Positions 54,125 through 64,000 of a stretch of 64,000 bases of DNA are shown piece by piece. How positions within the stretch are numbered: position 1 is the first letter of the stretch; every line of letters begins with the position of its first letter. Origin of the DNA: Octopus sinensis (lineage: Eukaryota); NCBI RefSeq assembly GCF_006345805.1, contig NC_042998.1, forward strand, positions 37,138,001 through 37,202,000. Reading direction: 5' to 3'. The position numbers and the translations under genes are program-made. Under the pieces are notes generated by a model, which saw nothing but the letters and a program-made list of their open reading frames with translations, searched no databases and was not told where the DNA came from.

Positions 54125-54491
54125 GTTGATGTATATTATATATATATATATATATATAATATATATATTTTATATATATATATATATAATATATATTATG
54201 TAGAAAAATACAAACTGGGACAAGAACGTAAACACTTAGAAGACGATACAAAAACACGGACGGGACATTCGAAGCCTTCATCTTCAGTCAAGAACCGGAT
54301 CATCCTAGCAATTTCGGCTGATTAATCTTCAGACGCTCCGATCCGGCCAGCCCCAAGGAAAAACTAAGCTACGAGCATTAGATTTCTTGGGAAAAGGGTC
54401 GAATGTATACGAAACATTGACAGAAAAACGGACGATGCCACACGAATACGGTAAGATAACAAAAGGAAGAAAGAGACCTCAATATTATGTA

Positions 54492-54865
54492 AATAAAGGA
54501 ATTTATCTGTAAATGTAATATGTGACAATTATTCGGTAGCCAAGATAAAACTCTGAGTTTCGGATAACTGAAGAGATGGTAGTGTGTATTTCCACCTCGG
54601 CATCCGAAACCAGAGTTTTACCTTGGCTACCGAATAATTGTCACATATTACATTTATATATATATAATATATATATATTATATATATTATATATATATAT
54701 AAATGTAATATGTGACAATTATTCGGTAGCCAAGGTAAAACTCTGAGTTTCGGATGCCGAGGTGGAAATACACACTACCATCTCTTCAGTTATCCGAAAC
54801 TCAGAGTTTTATCTTGGCTACCGAATAATTGTCACATATTACATTTACAGATAAATTCCTTTATT
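54492..54865. repeat. Nested palindrome: two 147-bp hairpin units in inverted orientation around (TA)n
   Basis: Units 54510-54656 and 54700-54847 are reverse complements; each has about 55-bp internal inverted arms. Confidence 0.95.
54736..54792 (-). ncRNA. Type I hammerhead-like motif (mirror copy at 54565-54620 on +)
   Basis: Minus: TAA-CTGAAGA-GATG-(22 nt)-CATC-C-GAA-ACTC-A-GAGT-T-TTA; canonical core. Confidence 0.5.
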
Positions 54866-55060
54866 CCAAAGTTTGGTGACAGCCCCTTCAGTAAGTTCCA
54901 CACATACATCACTGCATACCTCTGCATCTTCGTTCTAGGGTGTAAAGACGTAGCTCTTTCAATCTCTCCCAGCAGCTCAGCTGTGTCATTGATGCAATCT
55001 TCCTAGTATACATCGTTGTACTGCTTTCACACGCACACACACGCATTATATGTGATATAT

Positions 55061-55114
<54 letters not shown>

Positions 55115-55134
55115 TATATATATAATATATGTAT

Positions 55135-55229
<95 letters not shown>

Positions 55230-55234
55230 ACACA

Positions 55235-55270
<36 letters not shown>

Positions 55271-55328
55271 ACACACACATATATATATATTATAAATATA
55301 TATATAATATATATATTGTGTGTGTGTA

Positions 55329-55366
<38 letters not shown>

Positions 55367-55463
55367 ATATATATATATGTGTGTATACATATATATATAT
55401 AATATATATATATATATATGTGTGTGTATACATATATATATATATATATATATAATATATAAT

Positions 55464-55496
<33 letters not shown>

Positions 55497-55689
55497 CATA
55501 TATATGCGTGTGTGTGCGTGTGAAAGGCAGTACAACGATGTTATACTAGGAAGATTGCATCAATGACACAGCTGAGCTGCTGGAGAGATTGAAAGAGCTA
55601 CGTCTTTACACCCTAGAACGAAGATGCAGAGGTATGCAGTGATGTATGTGTGGAACTTACTGAAGGGGCTGTCACCAAACTTTGGAATC
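54863..55689. mobile_element. CR1/L2-type LINE 3' fragment present twice as near-perfect inverted arms around about 455 bp of TA-rich repeat
   Basis: [40 protein letters not shown]; arms about 54863-55047 and 55502-55689. Confidence 0.85.
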
Positions 55690-57971
55690 GAGAAACACAT
55701 GAAAATGTTTTTAAATAAGACAAAGATATAAGGGGGGAAGTAAAATAAAGAGCTGGCTGTGAATGAAACAAAATCCTTTGTTGTGAAACTGATGTAGACA
55801 TCTTAATTTGAGTAGCAGAATGCATGACAGAAAATACGTGAAACCTACAATAGTAGTTCCATATATTTCAGAGGAAATTATCATCAATATCCAAGAATTA
55901 GTATAATGGTTACTCTGTAAAGTACCTATAAACTGATCTTGAAGATGAAAATAAAATTGACACAAAATCTATTGTCCATAAAAATATGGTGCTCGCTGGA
56001 AAAAAAAAGACACTGGTTTATTTTCCCATTCGGTATGATCGTGCCACTATTGTTCTAGGACAAGAATGTCTACCGAAAGATAAAATTCTGCTACAAGGTG
56101 GGCTTTCAGAAGTTCATTGAGCTGAAAGAAATTTATTACAAAGAACTACATTGAAAAAAATAAGCGTTACAGAATGGCAGAAACTGGGTTAATCCTAGTT
56201 GCTTTTGTTGAGAAAAATATATAAAAGTCTACAATTGATATTTTAGGCAACAGAAACACGAAACACAATCGAATGCTGCGAAAAAAATTCAGAAAACATT
56301 TTTTTCCCTTTTCCTTCCATAAAAGATTATAAATGTCAAAAGAAGGGACACAAGCTTTTCTTTACGTCAAACGGAGAAAGCCATAATCATGCAATCAATT
56401 ACAGCTGCCGTAATATACATTCAGTATTGAGCATATTACCATCGATGCCCTTTACATTGTCTTTACAGCACTTTTCAACGCTGAATTATCCGGATTAATC
56501 AAATCTACAACACTCATCAACAAATACATAAGAAAAAAAGTGATTGTTCCTAAATGCGAATAAAACTTATACAGGCAATGGCCAGTCAGTTTTTATATGT
56601 TCAGTTTCGCTATTCGCCAAGTAAAACAGTCAACTCAGTTGCTTCAAATTTTAATGATCTCCGCAGTAGACAAAAAAAACATAATAATACATAATTGCAA
56701 GTTGTCACACTAACATTTCTCAACAAAGTTGAAGTGAATGAGAACGTCAAGACATTGAACAAAAAGTCGATGCCCGTGTCTCTAATGCAGTTAACTAATT
56801 AATCTCTGGTTTGAACACCGAGAGTATTTTGGGATGTGGCTGGAAAAAGTAGGAAACCTTTTCTTGTCATCTTGATAATCATAAGTCATCCCCCAACTGC
56901 CACTGCTGTAGCTTCTCATAGTAATACTGCAACCTGTTTAACAGTTGGGAGATAATATACCTATTTCGTATTTAGCTAACTATAAACCTAACATCGCCAG
57001 ATGCAAATGTCTCGATCGGTCATTTGTTCTCTCATATTGGAATAACACTTCAATATTTCAGTGAAGCTATTGATACATGTTACATTTAGAATTCAAACAC
57101 AAAAAAACTCACAAAGCTTTTATTAATAAATGGAATTTCAACGGAATTTAATGACAGGCCACGTATTTAACATGATGTGTTAATTGGCATGTTTTAATTA
57201 TTTTACTGTTTTAAATACATATGTATCATTTCCTATTTTTCAATATACACATTATATAATTACTTCACAAGAAATATAAAAAAAAGGGATGAAAGCAATT
57301 TAAAGAATGTTACATACCTAATTGAAATCGATCTTTCCTTTAGATTTCATTTTCTCAATTAAACAATATCGATAGTTTTATTCATTGTGGTAACCTTGGA
57401 TGTCAAACATTAATTTCAGAAAACAGGACACAAAATATATTAATAACTGCCTAATATTTCTTTCTGTGACTTAATTGAACTTATTTCAGACACCTCTAGT
57501 GCAAGATGCCATCTTATTTTATTAAATACTTACTAACTGCTAAAAAAAAAACCCTTTGAACTGCAAGTGAAACAGCGCAATAATTATCTTGAACAACCAA
57601 GAGGAATGTACCCGTGATACATTCATCAAATAAAACAAGTTGTTAAAGTTGTTTATATAAAACGATGTCAATAAATAAAATTAATTAATGTTATGCATAA
57701 CCGAAGAAAAAGAAAACAAAACCGTCGGTGGACAGTGAGTGCAGGTAATTAAACTACGTAATTCGAAATAGTGTAAATGATTTAGTAATTCTATCTCGAG
57801 GGGTGTTTAATGCTGGGTAAAACACAGCGACAATTTCTGGCATATTTCCATCGTATTAGCCATGGCTGACGAAGCTTTGTAGTCTTGCAATGAATAAAAA
57901 AAATTACAGGCGCCACGGCTTCAAGTAATTTCCTTGAGGCTAGTATGGTTTGGTCAGTAATTACATGACTC

Positions 57972-58200
57972 AAGGCGGCAAACTGGTAGAAACCTTAGCA
58001 CGCCGGACGAAATGCTTAGCGGTATTTCGTCCGTCTTTACGTTCTGAGTTGGAATTCCGCAGAGGTCAACTTTGTCTGTCATCCTTTCGGGGTCGATAAA
58101 TTAAGTACCAGTTACGCACTGGGGGGTCAATGTAATCAACTGACCCCGTCTCCAACAATTTCGGGACTTGTGGCAAGAGTAGAAAAGAATTATATGGCTC
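57972..58200 (+). mobile_element. tRNA-derived SINE (family of 33070-33485)
   Basis: AAGGCGGCAAACTGGTAGAAACCTTAGCACGCCGGACGAAATGCTTAGCGGTATTTCG..GGGGTCGATAAATTAAGTACCAGTTACGCACTGG. Confidence 0.88.
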
Positions 58201-58706
58201 AAGAGAACGTCACTAATGAATTAAGAATTTAAATTTCTTAGATGGTTGCACTAACTTACAGGTCCAGCGCTATTTGTTATTCTAATCATTTATTTATCCT
58301 CATGACTGCTACAATTATTTTATTAGGATCTCTATATTAACGACACTATCGCAGAAATGTCTATATGCACATGCCGTATGTTTCTGAACTTTGATAAATC
58401 TATATCGCTCAAACAATTCGCCGGTGACTTACTAAAAATGAATGAGATATCTTTGGTGAACTGAGATACGCTTGCTCTTGACAGTGTTTCCGTTTCAGAA
58501 AAAAATATGTGATTGTATGGCATGCCGCATTTCTCTCATCCTACTGCATAACATGCAGCTTAAAAAATTGGTCGCTTCCCACCATTCTTCATTGGTGTTA
58601 ACATCACTCAAACATTCTATATGAACATATGTTAACATTTGTATATTATTTTACGTAATATCATTTACATGAGTCCGTTATATATATGTATATTGTATAA
58701 ATATAT

Positions 58707-58775
<69 letters not shown>

Positions 58776-59509
58776 TTATATATATATATATATATGTGTG
58801 TGTAAATTAGAACTCTATGTATAACTAGAAATGAGTGTACAATATATATTTACAACTATCAGTATTTTCAGTGAATCTGAGCGCCACTGATATTTCTGCG
58901 TGCGAGATTTAAGAGTTTTATATAATGAAGTTACAGAATAGTAAAATTTAAAAAGTCAACACACATATGTTTATTAACGATTATATTTTCTTGTGTACAG
59001 GAAATTTCTCTTGGTTTTTATACTCACAGGAAGGCAGTTCTACTAAACATTTCAAGAAAGTATTGCGAAAGATACATAGAATAAAGACCTATATTATGTG
59101 AAGTTTGCAGCTTCTTTTTCTATGTCAAGAAGAGCGTGCTTTTGAAGTGAGACGAATATTCTGAAATAGTAGCTACTTACAGAAAGAAATGAGAAATTGA
59201 ATACACATACGTGTGTGTATATATGATTGTATATGCGCGCGCAGACGCACACAGACAAACACACAGACACATACTCACACACACACACATATATGAATAT
59301 GTATATATAAATACACACAAGAACAAGAAAGTAGAAACAGATTAATTTTGGTCCAGAAATAAACAAAGAGTTACCAAGTGGAAGACAACGTAATCTGTGC
59401 CATATAAAAGCAAGAAAGCTGAATGAAAATAACAAAATTAAACGTTAACATAACTATAAACATGTGTATATCGATCCGGATATTTCACGATAAGACTTGA
59501 CGATGTTGT

Positions 59510-59604
59510 GATGTACGTACGTACGTACGTATGTATGTATGTATGTATGTATGTATGTATGTATGTATGTATGTATGTATGTATGTATGTTGTATGTATG
59601 TATG

Positions 59605-59671
<67 letters not shown>

Positions 59672-59748
59672 CATTATATATATAATATATATATATATAC
59701 ACACACATATATATAATATATATATAATACATATATATATATATATAT

Positions 59749-59822
<74 letters not shown>
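59510..59822. repeat. (TATG)n/(TA)n microsatellite
   Basis: Direct inspection. Confidence 0.95.
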
Positions 59823-59825
<3 letters not shown>

Positions 59826-60014
59826 GGTCCCGGGTTGAGTCGGGGTTAACCACAGTAAATAAGGCACTCAATACATAGCAGAGTAAATTAATTTATTTTA
59901 TAGAAGGAGCTTCTACAGGACTAGAACTGTTTCATTCAAAAGATGCTTCCTGATGATTGCTTTTGAATGAAACAGTTCTAGTCCTGTAGAAGCTCCTTCT
60001 ATAAAATAAATAAA
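59823..60014. mobile_element. (TA)n-flanked element with an about 52-bp perfect foldback
   Basis: ATTTATTTTATAGAAGGAGCTTCTACAGGACTAGAACTGTTTCATTCAAAAG and its reverse complement starting at 59960. Confidence 0.9.
59945..59993 (+). ncRNA. Near-canonical type I hammerhead ribozyme
   Basis: GCTTC-CTGATGA-TTGCTTTTGAAT-GAA-ACAG-TTCTAGTC-CTGT-A-GAAGC: 5-bp helix I, exact CUGAUGA, GAAA, 4-bp helix III, GUA site; helix II weak. Confidence 0.72.
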
Positions 60015-60143
60015 TATATATATATCTATATATATATATATACTTACTTGAAAGAGGATGCGTGGCGTTCAATCATATAATTTTATAAATAATATATCTA
60101 TGCATATATACATACGTATAGGTACATTCTTACATCTATACGT

Positions 60144-60182
<39 letters not shown>

Positions 60183-60278
60183 TGTGTGTGTGTGTGTATG
60201 CATATGTGGTCACAGGACGACATGAAACGTGTACAACACAAAAGTACGAAGCACGAACTATCCTTTCGATGTATGTCT

Positions 60279-60660
60279 CCTTTTACTCTTTTCCTTGTTT
60301 CAGTCGTTAAACAGCGGCCATGCAGGAGCAGTACCTTGAATTATTGTAGCAGGATTCGTAAAGCCTGTTATTTAGTCTAACGGTCATTTTGCCAAACCAC
60401 TATGTTACGAGGTCGTAAACGGACCAGCACTGATTTAAGTCGGTGGTGGTGGGTTAAATATATACACAAACATACACACACACACACAAACACTCACGCA
60501 AATACACAAATAAGTATATTTTATTCTTATACTTGTTTCAGTCATTTTACTGCGGGCATGCTGGAGCACGGCCTTATACGAGGAGTTTCTATCAGTTTAC
60601 ATCTACGAAATCTACTCACAAGATATTGGGTGGAACGTGATTATACTAGGAGACACTTAA
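60279..60660 (-). mobile_element. Two degenerate SINE 3' fragments (family of 34671-35050)
   Basis: CTTGTTTCAGTC..GCGGCCATGC and CTTGTTTCAGTCATTTTACTGCGGGCATGCTGGAGCAC. Confidence 0.7.
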
Positions 60661-61395
60661 AACAAAAGCACGCACTCACACTCACATACACAAGCTCACA
60701 CATATTAAAATGTTGATGAGCATGCGAAACGAAACAGCCTGACCCCGAGCAGTGTTATAAACAACGATGTTCTTATGTTTAAAGTGTCGCAAACAGGTGC
60801 GAGTCTCACTGAAAGTAAAATACTACACTTGAAACAATTTTTAAAAAAATATATTATACCAAGAGCCATTTACAACAAAGGATATTGCAGTTACATTAAA
60901 ATGAAATCTGATTTTGCTCAAGCATTATGTAGCTAGAATGAGCTAGCTTCCGCTCAACGCTGGGTTGATGTCAGCATCTTCATAGTTTAGCATTATGTGC
61001 ATTGCATGTGCATCCAGAAATATGAAAGGCAGAATACGCTATTTGGTGCAACTCTCGATCCTCGCAGAAAGAACCATGCGGTCATAAATGTCGCATTTCA
61101 GTTCCTCAAAGTCACTGGCAAAACGATATTTCAAGAAATGCTACTCTCTTTATATGAAGAGTAACCTGTTTGTTCAAATCAAAATAAACTTACGATATCC
61201 CTGGTTAAATAAGATTTCAATTCGTTCTCTGTAAAATCCTAGCTGAACTCGTAATATGGCTTACAGCATGTACATATCAACTCATTTCTATTGCACTACA
61301 TTTTATAACCTGCCAACCCAACAACCCTAATTTGAATGTGTGTGCCCGCTTTAGAATTAACATCTATATATAAGTATATGCATACATATGTATGC

Positions 61396-61459
<64 letters not shown>

Positions 61460-62619
61460 TTATATTTGTATGTATGAATGTGTATATGTATTTATTTTCA
61501 CCCAAACACATACTTATACACACTTATAATTCTATATTGGTGTGTGCATACAGGCAAGCAAATTTAAGTATGGCAGAATAACAGTTGACATTTATCCATC
61601 TGTATGAAAAGATGTAGTGAAGTGGGATATAATGCATTAATATTTTGATACCAAGATATAAAACTTCTAGATTAATGTGGAAAAAATACGATCTAAAAAT
61701 TACTTCTGTCTGCATTTGTATATACTGTGTTTTAGTAAGTCCTCGATAAAACATCCACATTCTTTATCAATGTTTAACGCATGCAAGTAAGGTAATTGTA
61801 CAACGAAATATTATTTACAACTCAATGGAACATCGCATCTGATTATAGGCAAATCCGATAATATCACTAAATATATTTCGGTAATCTTCTGCACCTACCA
61901 TCAAAGTCTTCTGCAGGATGATTTAATATATTCTGATGCCAAATGAAACTATGATAAGGATTTTCATTAAGAATGTCTCAATGATATCATCCCCAGTGTT
62001 CCTTTCCAAAATTCAAACCAGATAATTTTCACTGATGCACAACATTGTTGATTAATATGTAAGTTCCAAATGGGAAATTTTTCGGTAATTAAGAGCATTC
62101 GCGTATATACTTATATTGAAAATTCACCTGATTCGTAAAACGAGTTGCAGTTTTAAGTTATTTTAACAATATATCACCACACCGGTTTCCCCATGGTTTG
62201 CTTTTCAAAAAGAATTTAGAAAAGATTGAAAGTTGAAGAGAATATTTGGAAAAATCTTGCCTAAAAGTTAAATGTTCGTACAAATTCCAATAATGAATAA
62301 ATTTCACAGTAATAGAAAATAAAAAAACATGCTCAAATGTGCGATGAATTCCATATCTATTATACACGATTTCCCGTTCAGTCACTTTCAAAGGAATGAG
62401 TTTTATTAACAATTAGATACGATGGAATTTTTCTAAAAAGTGACAAAAAGGTACAAAAATTTATTTTCATTTTTACAATTTTTTCCCGAATTGTATAAAG
62501 AAGAACGCTGATTTTGCTAGTGAAGCCCTAAACTGTTTAAGCCAAAATCTGTTTAAACCAAAAATAGAAAGGCGGAATAAAAAACAAGTGACGTAACTAT
62601 ATACATGTTCACTCAAAAC

Positions 62620-62625
62620 TTATAT

Positions 62626-62702
<77 letters not shown>

Positions 62703-62764
62703 AATACACTCACGGAGACATACATACACTCATACACACTTGCACACTTACACACACACACACA

Positions 62765-62815
<51 letters not shown>

Positions 62816-63420
62816 CACATAATATATATATATATATATATGCCTATCTATACATATATCTATATACATCCGTCCACGGACACACATAGAGACACCCATC
62901 CACACACACACACCCATACATGGACACTTACAAAGGTATATACATATACATACATGCACACATATACATCTACTGACATATATATGTATATATACATACA
63001 TCCATATATATATACATGCATATATATATATGTATGTATAACCGTGTGTTTATATTTGTGTATACATGTCTATATGTATGTGTGTATGTTTATATGTATG
63101 TATATATATATATACATACACACACACACACATATATATATACATATAAATATTAACACACATTTACATATGGATATGAACACATTGACACACACATGAA
63201 TATATGTATATACAGTTATATAGATATTCATCCATACATGTATATATATATATATCCACACATCCATACACACATAGATGCATATATATACGCATACACA
63301 ATTGCGTACACAGACACATATACATACACCTTTATATCTATATACTTATAACGTCGTGCCCTTATATGTACACATGCACACACATACCGAGTATGGTATA
63401 TACACACTTGCACACACACA
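62620..63420. repeat. Degenerate (TA)/(CA)/(CATA) low-complexity tract
   Basis: Direct inspection. Confidence 0.9.
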
Positions 63421-64000
63421 CATCTACCCCAGTGGTTGACTGGTGTGTCTTTGGTCGACCCGAAGGTGTGGGAGGCGGGGTTGACCTCGGCAGAATTAAC
63501 TAAATAAATAACGTCTTAAAGGTGAGATTTATGTTGTGTATGAAGAGGGTGAAAATATACCGTGTTCAGATTAGAAGGATATAGAATAAATACATATGTT
63601 AATATAAGGGTCACGCAGCAACGAATATAAAACTGAAAGAAAAAAATATTTCTGCAGTTTGTGTATATAATTGAGCTGTATATGCATCCTAGGTAACTCA
63701 GGATAGTGGTTTAATATACAGTCGACTCCGATCGGTAATAAGGATTATGAATCGGAGAAATGTATGTATACATAAGATAAAATGAGATGAAGTGAATTAA
63801 GATACAAATTACTTAGAAAAGTTTCAAGGACTAGGTGAAATGTGAAAAATGAGAAGCAAAAGTTATAAAACTCGTGTAATATCTGCAGCAAATGTCTAAA
63901 CCTTTATGAGAGGAAGTGTGTATAAATATTAGAATAAGTCGAGACGAGGGTATGATGTACATGAAATATTAAAGAATAACTAGAAAATATATAAAATAAT

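Noticed and set aside
54262-54295. CTGAAGA-T-GAAG-G-CTTC-GAAT-GTC on minus as an HHR
   Set aside because: GAAA is altered, the helix II loop is 1 nt, and there is no helix I pairing; at best a decayed copy.
55700-62100. Possible hAT remnants (ATLDPR near 61050; NTGDDII..MVG near 61900-62020; YDRAT near 56035)
   Set aside because: Single short motifs without supporting context; needs a profile search.

Overview
AT-rich, microsatellite-dense eukaryotic non-coding DNA. The SINE families and (TA)n load point to an octopus (Octopus sp.) genome, which is an inference from repeat recognition. No intact protein-coding gene is visible. The window is mostly tRNA-derived SINEs, decayed Helitron, Tc1/mariner, RTE, CR1/L2-type and R4/Dong fragments, and simple repeats. 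Two weak candidate exons and two AG|GT recursive-splice-like sites on + suggest it may be a long intron. The main signal is a set of about 9 unrelated short repeat families carrying type I hammerhead-ribozyme (HHR)-like folds (about 15 copies). Many are arranged as head-to-head inverted duplications whose 3' ends run into (TA)n or (TAA)n, the architecture of Penelope-like element (PLE) pLTRs or retrozymes. A 543/559-bp tandem repeat occurs at two loci (3.0-4.1 kb and 45.4-50.1 kb) with the same termini and nearly the same inversion breakpoint, suggesting retrotransposition of a multimeric RNA. All folds and alignments were done by eye.
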